This document shows, one piece after another, positions 49,001-62,711 of a stretch of 64,000 bases of DNA. Position 1 is the stretch's first letter. Each line of letters opens with the position of its first letter. The notes beneath the pieces were generated by a model. It made no database searches. It was not told the origin of the DNA and saw only the letters and a program-made list of their open reading frames with translations. The position numbers and the translations under genes were made by a program. The stretch covers positions 2,289,128 to 2,353,127 of the forward strand of contig NW_002060952.1 of NCBI RefSeq assembly GCF_000150275.1, given 5' to 3'. The DNA is from Trichoplax adhaerens (taxonomy: Eukaryota; Animalia; Placozoa).

Positions 49001-52000
49001 ATTTCGCATGTTTATTACCTTCAGTGGCTTTAGGCGTACTCAACGACGAAAATACTAAAGGCATCGTTGGTAATGATTCCATATTGAAAAATATTTACTA
49101 CTCATTCTAGTAATCATTTGTCCAAAACATTCTTAGAATTTTTGTTATAATATCGTTTGATGGTACTTTACTAAAATGGAAATAGTATAAGCTATTCTGA
49201 TCAAACAATCCTTTAGGTTGTAGATTATGATAGATAAAAGATAGGGTTACAAGTCTACTGTCTGCAATAGATTTATTTCTGGACTTAATAAATCACTCAT
49301 GGATTATTTAACCGACGATAAAGGATACAATCTAATTTAATAAACGCTATTTTTATGATTGTGTCTCTCCTTCGTGACTACACAATATTTTAGACTAGTT
49401 AGTGGATAAATGAATTATAAAATGCTGTTATTCTTTTTTTTCTTTACTATATTGATGTTTATCTGAAATTAAACTAAAAATTATTATTTATGTAAATACT
49501 TTCCTTTCTCCAATCATGCATCCTGTCACGTATTCAATTTCATTTTTTTAAATAAATTGATGACCTATTATTATACTGAAAATTTCTCTTTCATTCTTTT
49601 TCAAATGGCTTAGATGTAAGGCGAACATTAATTGGTCAAGTGATTGCAGGATTAACCTTCGCTCTTTTCGGTGGGCAGCCATTGATCATTCTGCTAACGA
49701 CAGCGCCGATCGCCTTGTATATGAAATGTAAGTTATATTAATATTGCTACTACTTTATAGTAGCAATTAAGCATCAATTTCCAAATATTAAAATAACACT
49801 TTAGAGTAGTAGTATTTCGCTTACTCTGATATTTGCTATATTGCTAGATTGGATAAGGTTATAGTAATCATTAAATCGTACTAAATACATGTATATGAAA
49901 TATACGCTACAGCCGTTGTTGCTTATATTCTAACATAGTACCGTATTTTGCCTACTCTGATATTAAAATTCCATAAGATTGGATAAAGTTATAATGGCCA
50001 TCCAATCTTAACTTATCTTAACTTATGTGGGAAAAACGAGCTATAGTCAGATTTGTTAATATTTTTCCCTAACCTGATAATTACAACATGGATAGATTGG
50101 ACAAACTTGCAATAATTATGCAATCTTAGGTTTATTTACTGATATATTTGCTTTTAAATAGAATTTTTATAATACGAATATTAGAATTTTCATTGGCTAC
50201 TCAGCATTATATTTTATTATTAAGTGACCAGTTTCTGTGTCAAATTGGAGAGAATTCTAAGTTTTATTTCATCATATCCTTCATTTCTTCTCCACTGTAT
50301 TTAGTGATTTATGATATATGCGTCGAATTTGATATCGATTTTCGTGCAATGTATGCTTGTACTGGCATTTGGTGTTCTATCTATCTCATACTTTACTCCG
50401 TATTTAACGTTAGTTCTGTAATGAAATGGTCGACAAGGTCAGTAAAAATTCCAACATCTAATTATAGCTGTACTTGTAGATTTAAAATGCTGTAACCCTT
50501 ATTTTTTCTTACGTAAAAGACTTTTACTTAGTTTTTAAAATGCGAGAAAATATTTCCATAGCTTAAAGTTCTTATCAATGATGCATAAATCAAATTTCTA
50601 GATCCACTGTTGAAATCTTTTCCTTATTTGTGGCCATTACACTCGCAGTCGATGCATTTCGCGATTTATCAAATCGTAAGAATTTACGAATCTTTCCAAT
50701 TTTTTAATTATTGAAAATTCACCCTACTTGGTTACTCTATAATGATATTATTTAGCTGTAAGAAAAGTAATGCTTACTTTAGAATGCCTACGATATCCTT
50801 CAAATCTTCCAACTGCTCAGAGTTTATGTTCTATCGCAATACGATAACGAAATTATTTAGCTACTAGATAAATAACGCTTACTGTAATATAGTATAATAT
50901 GAGCACATTACTATAAGAGAGATAGACTAAATAAGATTAATAACTTAGCTTCACGATATTCCAAATCAACATGACTAATGCTGTAAAAATCGATATCGAC
51001 CCAATGCTAGAATTTCAAAAGAACTACTTCGGTCCTGGATGTAATAATTCTTTTGCTTCTATCAATGTTTCGGCAGCTTCGGATAATTTACTTGAATCTA
51101 TAGGTTCATTGAGCCTCTGTCGACGTGATAGTAGTTTGGTTTTCTTAATTTTAATGCTGGGTACAGTATGGCTTGGTATATATTTGCACAATTTTCGAAG
51201 AAGGTATCGTCTTAGATTTGGTGCTTGTATAACACTCTAAGAAGAAATTCTATACAATTTTGATTGCCATTCAGTTAATTAAGCGATTATTGAGAAATTC
51301 GCGATGGCAATACAGTATTTTATAGAGATTACAAAAATGAAAAATCATCAATCTTTCCTAATACTAGAATCAAGCGCTTTTAACTAGAGAAATTTAGCCT
51401 TACTTACACGCATTGTTATATTCTTCTTTTCCAGTCCTTTATTTGATGCAGATAAGAGAGAATTTCTCTCCGACTATTCTTTGGCTATATCGGTCTTAAT
51501 ATTTACTTTAGTCAAGTCGTTTGCTTTTAGTGAAATCAGAGGTGAGCTATATAGTTTTAATACCGATAGATCGTATTAGTTCAAATTACTTTTGAATATC
51601 AATATGAAAATAGGAATCTAAAATTTTTTATCGGTCTGCACACCATTTTTAATCAATCTATATAAATCAAACAAACAATTCTCTAGTACCAAATATAAGT
51701 ATATTCGACCTGTTGTAACCGAAATCACTATAGTTCTTTTGATTAACAATAATACATGCAGCTTAGATGCAATCAACGCTGCTAAAAATCCTTAGGAATA
51801 TATAATTTTAATGTATGAAATTTTATTTAAAACTTTCTTGGCCATTTCCGGACCAATTTATCCTGAATTCCATCCATGAAATGATAATATAGTTGAAGAA
51901 TTCAATTTTTACAACGATACGTTAATAACTGCACCTAACATGAAAAGTGTTACAGTTGCAAATGTTTTTGCTGCCATGGGACTTGGATTTCCACTTTCTT

Positions 52001-53410
52001 TACTCTTCTTCATGGATCTCAACATCACTAGTGGAATTATTAATAGCTCTACAAATAAGTAAGAGTTATGAAGTATTTCTAGCTAATAGGACCATAATTT
52101 AATGTTGCTTGTGACAATTTATACGAGATTCCATTTTTTGTAGTTTAAAGAAAGGCCCAGCATACCATTTTGACCTATTGGTTTTAGCTTTTATTAACCT
52201 TATGTTATCCATTATGGGTTTACCTTGGGTTCATGGAGGATTACCTCATTCTCCAATGCATGTGCGAGCACTTGCAGAAGTTGAGCAAAGAGTTGATCAA
52301 GGACGTATTCATGAAAAGTATGGCTTTACTAGTTTTCTAGCAGAAGCTATTTTTAAATCTAGCATAGAAGTGATACTGTAACTGTTTTTAAATTGTAATG
52401 CCTAACGATTAATTCACTATAAAGATTTAAGGAATACTTCAGCAATATCCATTAGATACAGCTAATAGTTCCATGATAGTAGATTAAAATAATTGGTACT
52501 TTTGCTTTACAATGCAACTTTAGAATAGATATCAAAACCTATTTAACTAAACTTAAATAAGTTATTGCATTATTATTAAATTTTTCTATGATTCTAATCA
52601 ACAGAATTACCAGAGTCAGAGAGACAAGAACAGCAGCTCTGCTATCTCATCTGCTGATTGCATTATCCTTTTTTTTATTATTGCCTATTCCTATTCAAAT
52701 GATCCCTCTGGGTGTATTAGATGGCCTCTTCCTTTATATGTCTCTGATTGGCACAAAAAACAATCAATTATTTGAACGTATTGCGCTATTAGTAACTGAA
52801 CAAGTAAGGCTCTTGCATAGCATCTCATTTGGTATCCAATTTATATTATAATTATGATATCATTATATATGCCAGAAGAAAATAAGACGTTATTAATCAA
52901 CATAAGCTATTTTTCTTTTCTCTAAATCTTAGGCTGCCTATCCTCCAGCACATTATATAAGGAGAGTGCCCCAACGAAAAATTCATATCTTTACTATAAC
53001 ACAAGTTCTTCAATTGGCCATTCTATGTACTGTTAGTTTTTCACCATTTAAATACTTGAAACTAATATTTCCAATCATCACCTTTGGTTTAGTCCCATTC
53101 AGGTAGTGTATATAATTAATGCTGAGTTCATTATGATTTATAGAAGATTGATATCGTATCACTTTAAAACTATCTCAAGATAGAGAGAATATAATGTAGT
53201 TTTTCTGTATTCAGGAGAGGGTAAAGCTGATCTCTCTTAATTGCTCTATTGTATAGCTGTGATTTAAATTTATGATAATGATCGACTATTGCTCTATGAC
53301 TAAGAAAATGAACCATTTTTTTTTCTAGATGGTTTGTTGTTCCAAAATTTGTCGAAAAGAAATACTTAGAAGCCCTAGATATTAACCTCGAGAAAACTAC
53401 AATGCAATAA
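46099..53410 (+). CDS. SLC4A11: SLC4A11/BTR1-type anion-exchanger family membrane transporter; 5' end unresolved
   Basis: In-phase exons from 46099 onward: [19 protein letters not shown]; [28 protein letters not shown]; [24 protein letters not shown]; [23 protein letters not shown]; [27 protein letters not shown]; [18 protein letters not shown]; MKWSTRSTVEIF; [11 protein letters not shown]; [20 protein letters not shown]; VRETR; [23 protein letters not shown]; stop TAA 53408-53410. Confidence 0.93.
46955..47190. repeat. Short diverged tandem repeat (~50-80 bp x4) in an SLC4A11 intron
   Basis: tgttattatgaactcatatctagaatt...cataaaat.gaa recurs at ~46970, 47043, 47092, 47166. Confidence 0.7.
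49808..50010. repeat. ~130-bp diverged duplication in an SLC4A11 intron
   Basis: gtatttcgcttactctgatatt...agattggataaggttata and gtattttgcctactctgatatt...agattggataaagttata. Confidence 0.7.
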
Positions 53411-53529
53411 GTGCAAAAGCGGAAGCAAAAAATTTCTGATCGACAAACTTTCCATGCAAATCGGAAGTGAAATTACCGATTCATTCAATTTTGTCGAGAA
53501 GAAGTATCTAGTAGCTCTAGATACCAATC

Positions 53530-53765
53530 TACAGTAAAGTGCAATATAATTAGAACAAAAATGGAAGCAAGTAATGATTGATCAATCAAGTTTTCATACA
53601 AGAAGGAAGTGATATCAAGCATTGTACTAAAGCTTGTCCAAAAGGATTCTTTGAAAGTTCTAAATTTAGAGAAAACTGTAATGTAATACAACATAGGAGT
53701 AGAAGCAAGTAATGGCTAATTGACAAGTTTTCATACAAACAGAAAGCGATATTAACCGATGTAGG
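53530..53765. repeat. ~140-bp diverged duplication in the SLC4A11 3' region
   Basis: gaagcaagtaatg..t.at..caagttttcatacaa...gaa.g.gatat at ~53563 and ~53701. Confidence 0.7.
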
Positions 53766-56700
53766 CAAACTAAATATAAGTTAAGAATATTCAAATATTG
53801 TATTATTGCAAGACTAGTTTGTGTAATTCCAATCCACTGAATTCTAGAAGGGTTCGGTGACGTCTTTAAATTCAAGATAATATATTTATTTAACCCAAAA
53901 TTTGATGCAATATCGTTTAGAACATGATTAAGTTGCGCTACTAACACAAAAGTAGGAAGCAATCGAAGGTAGATACAGTTAATATAGTATCTACTGCCAT
54001 CTTAATAATAGTCTACCTAATTGGATATATATGTATAGTGTATATATATATTCATATAAGCGTATATAAGCTAAAACTATTGGCGTGATATATACGACCA
54101 GATACAATTACTCAAGTAAAGTCAATCAAAGTTGTAATGAAATGCAATTTTTCAATATCTTGCGTCTTGTAACTAAATAACAATCCTCATTAAAATGAAG
54201 TATAAACTTATCAAAGCACTATTGATGCCGTAGTTGCACACATATAAGGTATATATTTCCTACTGTCGATATTGATTTTTCCATGTTATTCATAGTACTA
54301 TAATAACGAATAAATTAAAGTTAAATTGGTGTTTATTTTTACTAAACTATCTATTTCAAAATGTTACTACTGTCATCGATACTACCTTTGCATTATGTCC
54401 TATTAAATTGAAAGCTAGGCAATATATTCATGCATAAATATAAGATTCTTATACCAAATTAGCATTTGTTATCTGTATTGGCAGAAATACTGTAGTTCTA
54501 TATGCTAGCTTATTCCAATTTTTTTAACACAGTTTAAATGGGATTGATTATTATCACCAAAAATGAAGAGTGATAATATCGCTATCCATAAGTTCAAAGA
54601 CGTTATATAAATTAGTTCATCGCTATATCCTATGATCTCCTATCTTGTAATGTGCATACTGCTATGAAAAAAATATTCCAAATGATGAGACATGATGATA
54701 AATAATAAATTAATGTACAAAACAAAGTCATTTTCCTTATTTTTTCGAGTCATATCAAGGATTTAACGTGGCTATGTTTGGTTCTACTAATAGTATTATT
54801 ATAACACGGTATTTTAGAACCATTTCATAAGCAATTTAAGCTAGTTTCATACTTTAAAATTTCATCTACACTTGCAATTTTTGAAACTATTACGATCAAC
54901 CGCAAAGTACTGTAATCGTCTAAATAAAGTAAGATTGAATTGATGTTGATACCTTTAATTTTCTATGTTAATGATTGCAATTTTACGTATAATTTGTCTC
55001 GAATTCACACCTTAGTTAAAGAATTCTTTTACACCTATTATTTTTAATAATATAATGCAACTGATTATAACGTGGTCATTGGAGTGAAGCAAGGCAGATA
55101 AGTAAATATTACCCATATATGATCTGTATATTTGCTATATTTATGCTATTTTAAAAGTACTTTAACTTAAATTTATAATCCTAATTGAAAATTCGTTACT
55201 CATAACGTAAGTACAACCAACTATAATGTAACAATCTACATTAGGTGCTATTGAACTGATATTGATGTATAATAAATGCTTCATGTTAATGATGCCATTT
55301 GATATACAATTTTAGTGACATCTTAATTAAAAATTACGTTTGCACTTATTATTTACGGTAATAAGACGCAATCAATTATCACAGTAATTGAAATGAGATA
55401 ATATGGACAGTTTGCAAAATGACCGATTTCGCATCCGGTCCCGTTCATATACATATTTTGAGCTACATTACTAAGGTTACTTCGTAAGCGATTTGACTTA
55501 TATTTATAACTCTGATTTAAAATTTTTTCAGCTTGTTATTTATGAAGTTAACAAAATTCATTTTAATTAATGTAGATGTCTACACATTTAAGGTAATATA
55601 GAACTGATGTTAATGTGTATAGTAGTCTTAAGTTAATGATGTTATTTTGCGCATAATTTAGCTTACATTCACACTTTATTAATTAAAAAATTTCAGTTAC
55701 ACATATTATTTACTCTGATATGATGCAATCGATTACAGAGTAACTTAGTCATTAAAAAGAGATATGATAGATACGTAAATACGTATAGCTGATATATGAT
55801 ATGTACACTTAGCCACATTAATAATACCATTTCATTAATTAATATCAAATTTGGCAGAGATTTATATCTTTGAATGAAATATTTTATTCTCCTTAGTCTT
55901 TGTGAAATAATGCAATCAATTTAAATGAAGCAAGCAGATGACTTAATGATATCATTTAGAGATAAGCCGGCTTGAATGCTACAAATTGAAGGGATAATTA
56001 TAATGTTAACGAATTTTCAATAAGTGATGAGGTAATGCACTACGAATATACCTGCATTAAAATTTTTAATTCATATATTCAATGTTTACTGTAATCTGAC
56101 CTTCTGCATGAACGATGGGAGTCTAATTTTTAAATTAAAAAATTTAATAGTCTTTGTTACGAAATGACATACTCACATATTTCACCATTTATTAGAATAG
56201 AAAATTTAATAAAATTGATAACATCTGGTTAAATCATCAATTATTCTATGCTAGTGATGTCATTTCACACCTATTTTTTAAAATTTAGTCTTTATTTACC
56301 CCCAAAAGCCTGTATTCAATCCTAGGTACAAAGTACTTTATAGCCAAAGGGGTAATTTTAGCAATACGATATAATATTACTCGGAATGTACACTCTGTAA
56401 TGTTGAATCCTGGTAAAAACACCAGTAAGGATTTGCTAAAGTAGATTAGGAAATTATAGCCGGAATTCAAATCATTGTTGTTCGTTTAGCTCAAAAAATA
56501 CTATGAATAACTTTAGCAGTTTTTTATTTAGAATTTGTATTGTTCTATTTCGTAATGACAGCTAATGTCAAAGGTTAAACCAAATACGGTAAAGTTATCA
56601 GAAAGCGTTCTATCCTTGGAGGTATATTATTAAATATGCTTTGGGAAATCTGACTTGATTAATTAATTATCAGACCCAAAAAAGGTAATAAACGTTATGG

Positions 56701-57789
56701 TTAGACCTATTTTTACTGGTAATTATGAAAAAAATAACGTTATTGTCCAAGATACTAGCTTTTATCGTAACTTTTGAATAAAAGGAAACTACGCTATTAA
56801 TTGCATACTAAATTTAAAATACTATGTGATATCGGCGACATTAATTAGATTTAATTGTAATCCCCAACAGTAGCATGATCATTCATGACAAGAGAATGCG
56901 ATGGTGTGATAAATATCAACGGTAGCCAATGCTATTACACATCAGGTTTGTCGTGTACGAATATATACTGAAGTGATGATGTCATAAAATAGTTAACCTT
57001 TAACGTAAATTAAAGCAGCTGATGAATTAACAATACCTTAGTCATCGCATACCACTTCAAAATAGACATTTTTGATTCCCTTAGAATAAAAAATTTATAT
57101 AATATCAAATCAAAAATAATTACGTTTATTACTTCTTGAATAAAATAGAAAATTGTTCAAATTCCAGACAAAGTATGATCATATGATATTGCAAATCATT
57201 GTCATAGTCATAACTGAACAAATTTACGTTAATGATGAAGTCATTATGATAACAGATGCGCGTAAATAGCTAATGAGCCTCCCCGAAATACGCCATTTCT
57301 GTTTCCTGGATAAATTAGTCATACCTATTTACTGTGATACTGTTATTTAATTTTCTGTTATCTATTTCGGACCTCTCAACATTGCTATGTAAACGCCATG
57401 CGCTACAAAATTATAAAGTACGCGTCTAGATAACACTAATTCAAAATGAAGTCAAATATGCCTCTGCACCCAGTTCATATAAAGCACGGGATTATAGATC
57501 TTGAAAAAAGCATGACCTCGTCGTCAGAAAATGATTATGTTATGGTCTAACAGGAAGAATAGTCTATGTCACTGCAACATCATCATCTTAATCGATTAAT
57601 TACCATTAACTATGCATATCTATTTATGGATTCTTGAATACAATTATATTACGCATCATTAGCTGGCGTTTAATTTCTTCTTATTGTATATATCAAGGAA
57701 CTAATATAAAGTAAACAAAGTCTCACAGAATGTAATCATCTATAACGTGCATCTCTCAATTATCTCCTTGATAGATTGTATGATAAACA

Positions 57790-58200
57790 TAAAGCATCCA
57801 GATGCTTGTAAAATCTATTGCAAATAAATTATGGATGATAGTCAACTTTTGGAAGACTTGCTGTGCCAACTCTTATTCTAATAGATAATGTGTTAAACTA
57901 CTTACTTCAATTACGATTTACTACCGAATACATCTTAGTATACAAAAATACACAGTCTATGTCGTTTTTACTTACTCATGATTAAAAATGTTTATAACAT
58001 CATCACAAGGGATCATGTTGATGTATTCTAAATAAATTACGGATGTTCGTCAACCTTTGAAAGGCTGGCTATGCTAATTCTTGCTCTAATAAGTAGTGAA
58101 TTGAAAGACTTATTCAACCATAATTTATTACAGCGCCGAGCCCCTTATAGCACACATAAAGCTCAGCTTATGTCGCATTCTGTTCGCGAATAATTTACGA
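57790..58200. repeat. ~210-bp diverged duplication
   Basis: aaataaatta.ggatg.t.gtcaac.ttg.aag.ct.gct.tgc.aa.tctt..tctaata at ~57822 and ~58030. Confidence 0.7.
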
Positions 58201-59483
58201 CGTTCTATGACATCATTGCATACATCATCATGTTGTTCTAATTCTATAAAAATAATATTAATACCTGCAAATAAGTGATAAAATTATCTATGACGTAAGC
58301 TTATATTAATTTAAAGTAATTTTCATCTTTGATGTAACGTATCATAATAAGATGTACATTACATTGCGCATAAATAGCATCAAAGCTACAGAATTAATAT
58401 TTGTATGATTTCATGTCTATTTCTTATATTTATGCAACCGTTACAAATATACGGTATATTCGCATTTGCTCTTTGGTTCTATTTTTAATAACGCACAGAC
58501 AACGAATGTTCTATAAACGAGCAACAAAATTTTTCATTAACAATTTCTAAACTTAATAACTAGCAAATTCTGTTCATTTGGCAATTTCCATCCCAATTCT
58601 ATACTATGACGTCATAGCTATAATTATACTCTATCGCGTAACTAGGCAACTAGCTGTATTTGTCTCCAGATTAGTCCGGGCATTCTTATGATCCCAAAAT
58701 ATTTACATCAAGTTATATAGCGTAGTCTAATGCCACCGGTAGATTACGATTCTTATTATTTTTAGTCTATGAGAACAGGTAAAGGGAAGTTCTGTTAATC
58801 TAATACCAACGATAGCGTAGCATTGCTTCTACGTAGATTTCTTATAAAGAAGAATATAGGAAGACCGTTTAATAAGTGATAGTATGCAATAGATTCTGCT
58901 AACCAATAAATAATATTGGAAGCATTCTGTCAAGCTAGGGCTTCAAATTTGAAATGAATGTTTTATTATCCAATAAAACTCATATTTACCACATTAAGCA
59001 ATAGGCCCGGCAAAGCCATCTTTGAACTTCTGCATAATCGACCAATAACCAACCAGTAGGTACACAAAGCTAGCAAACCCGGGATCTATCTTAAGAGGAT
59101 AGCGAGACTGGATCAGCACAGGGTCTATGTTGATAAAATAACCCCCTCAAAACGACAGTAAGGTAGCAGTTACAACATAGAATTAAACTGGAGATAGACT
59201 ATGGAATATAAAGATGTAAGCAGATTTGTTTTCATTTATACAAGCTAAAGCTTGATATTCGTGAAAGACTTTGACCTGTACCCTCTACTTCTACAAGTGT
59301 TTCGTCTAGGCCATATAAACAGGGCTACTATAATTTTGCAAACCTGAAAATTTTACCCTGTTTGACTAGGTCGATAATATGGAAGAAAAATTTAGACATT
59401 GCCAATCTATAGCCACAGATTGCTTTAAGTAACTCATTATACAGTACATACCTGGAATCTATAGCAGAAAATTCTACTGGCCG

Positions 59484-62400
59484 CTAAGATAAATATTGCT
59501 GCAGTAGAGGGCGTCTATCACTATTCCCAGTACTGTTGACATTGGCTTTCGTATTGGAAGATGAATTTATCACCTATAGAAATGTAGCTACAAGATCCAT
59601 TTAAAAACATACAAGCACAAATATACCATTAACGAAAGGTATAATTAAGAGCAACCCATTTTTATCCTGTGAAGATACATAATATGATTAAACGTTACAG
59701 AAGAGGCTATCAATACTACTATCGTAATCGATTCTAACTTGAGTCGGATTGAAGATCTTTTTTGATGGAAAATAGTATAAAAATCTAGATTATATTTGAT
59801 AATTTATATTACGATTGTACTACTGCGTAAAAATCCTTTATAGTTAAGAGTGTTGTATTTCTACTTCCTGGAAACACTCATCACAGTTACAAGCTGAATA
59901 TAAAGAACATTAAAAAGTCTTGAAAATTGTTCTCCTTTAAGAGCAAGATATACTACACTTTAAGAAGATTACACGATGATAGTGATTTGTATACGCTCTT
60001 AATGTTTAAGCGCGACTCTTATTTCTACTTTATCAGCATTTAGGAAGCTTAAATGTAATTGTTATTCAGTCCTTGTATTTAACAAACATTTGATGATGAC
60101 TTTCAATTAATCCTAACTGAGAAAGTAAATCAAAAATTTGATATTTTTAACAGAATGATCATTTTATATCTTGCAATAACCAGTAATCTTCAAATTATGT
60201 CAGCTAAAAGCTGATATATCTTGGAAAAAAGTCTCTTTTAACTTTACTCGACATTGATAATAATGCCATCCTTTGACTAATCTTTTAAAATTCATCAGCT
60301 TTATTAATCATTTTGTTGCAGTTATCATGTACACGTTAAAAACAAGTTGTTACTGGTGTAGTCATACATTGTTTGTAACCTTTTGCAGTCATCACCTGTA
60401 CTGGCTTAAAGGAAATTAATAATTTAGCAAATTCTTCCCAATGTTTAAATTTGCGCAGTAAAGCTTGTGTAATAAGTAAATGCAGTATAAGTAATTTATT
60501 CTTGAGCTAAGTAGATCGGAGTTATTCAATTCATTTAATTTTCCTTTAAAAACTTATACCGTACACGCATATTTAAGGCTAGTCTTTGTCAGTTTATTCT
60601 TCATAAAATTTTATGAGGGTATGCCTGGATGGTTTAAGTTCCAAAATACTGACATCTCTAAAAAATTAGGTGTACTAAAGTACAACCATACACTAGAGCC
60701 GTATAGTACACTACCAATATTTACAGTTATATGTACATTTTTCTTGGCAGATTATTCTATAGGATATAATGTAACTATTAACCTTAGTAAGGTACATAGC
60801 ACGCGTACAACTACTGTAAAATGGAATGAGTAATATTCAAAAATAATTGCAGATATCAAAAATTAAGTAAACCAAGGTATAGCTGTATGCTAGTGCCTTG
60901 TATAAAGATAAAACTGAAAGTTTACTCTAATCTTATCCTTCAAATAAGATAAATACGAGTTTGTCAAATAAAAATTGAGATGAAATTTACTTTATTAATC
61001 AGCTACGTAAATGCTATTATAAAATACTCTTGCATATTTATCAGATGTACCCGGAACAACTTATTGGTATATCCTCGTCTATTTATTATTTCATAAAGGA
61101 CTACGATAAAATCGATCATTAAGTAAGTTACTGTCAAATTAGTAATTTTCTGACCTAGTTAATAAATAATAAATAGCATGACATAGGTCTCTATCTACTA
61201 TGACGATTACTAGCATACTGGTAATTAAGGAGCACTTCGAGTTTCTATAACTTGAATTCAATCCAAAGAATTATTAACATTTAAAGTATTATCTACACGA
61301 TTAAGTTTCCCGTTTTGCTACTGTGTAAGAGCTAAATTTGGCCTGTTGGAAGTAATCAATGAATGAAGAGAAATAAATATTTAAAATATCAATCCGTCAG
61401 GGCTATTCAAAGACCGAGTTTTTTGTACTGCCATTCAGAATGCGTATTTTAGCTGTAGCACCGATTTAATTATGTTAACACAAGCAAAAAACTTTCTTTA
61501 TTGAAACTCTAAGCTAAAAAAAGGAATAATTATTTTCATAATCATAGTTACAGTAGTCGTCAAACTACTTATAAGCTAGACTATGAAACTACTATCTTTT
61601 GTTGCTAGAATCTTTGTTTAGTCACTGGTTGTAGTTACGACAAGAATTATTTGCAAGGCTATTGAAGTTGAATTATGTGGATAGATAATAAGCATAATTG
61701 CCAACGTATAACTTCTATCTTATTTTAAAAGATCTCAAGGACCAATCGATGTTTAATGATTGAATGTTATTGTTCAGTGTGATGGAGACATACGAGTAAT
61801 ATAATAGTAGGTCGAAATACGTGATATAATAACGCGATATCTTCATTTTAAATGTTTTTATTGTTGATCGTCACAATCAACAATCATTCAACAATGAAGC
61901 CTTTCTTGAAAACCATCTTGACCGTTGGTAGCTAATGGCCCTAGTAATAATGATGATAGACTAATTGGCACACGTCTTTTCTATCAACACTATCCATTCC
62001 TTGATAGTTGGAGTCCGTCAAATCAATAGAAAATCCATCGAGTGCTTTTTTTCTGCATAGATTGAACAAGCTGGATCTAATTTAAATAGATAATCTATTG
62101 TCTTATCTATGATTATCTAAATTCCAAACAAAAGAGTGATAGTGAAGATGCTGCTGGATTGTCTGCTGGAGATGGACCCAAACAGTCTTCAATCAATCAA
62201 AAGGAAAAAAATAAGAATTAGTTTTATTATTGTCTGTACAGTCCATCATCGTAGTGCTGTTCAATCTATTAGCTACTTTTAACATCATTAATCTAGGCTG
62301 TAGTCTTCGATTTAATCTTGAATTGGGCAATCATTAATGCCAACTGGTTATCAATTAATCATTATTCGCCATTGAATATTCATAGACTGTCAATGCGAGA

Positions 62401-62711
62401 TTGCAATATCTTTCAACTTTGCGTCGATCAAGTACTGCTCAAGATAAGACGATCGATCAATGATTCAATTGCTTATCATTTGATAACGATGTGATAGAAT
62501 TCACTATCGTTTCGTCTTGCGACAGATTTTATTCAATCAATTAATTATTATTCTTGGCCAGAAGAAATTTTATTACTTTCAAATGACTTATCCTTTCCAT
62601 TTAGTAGTAAAGCAAGGGCGAGCCTACTTGAATATTAGATGGGTTACAATTATTCTTGTCTTTCTCCATCTTGCAATACAGACTGAATCGGCAACTTCTC
62701 TTAAGACAGCA
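59484..62711 (-). CDS. Candidate last coding exons (62711-62628 and 59573-59484) of an unidentified minus-strand membrane protein gene extending beyond the window
   Basis: Both segments have AG/GT boundaries in phase 0 and give CCLKRSCRFSLYCKMEKDKNNCNPSNIQ-VINSSSNTKANVNSTGNSDRRPLLQQYLS*. No homology recognised. Confidence 0.25.
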
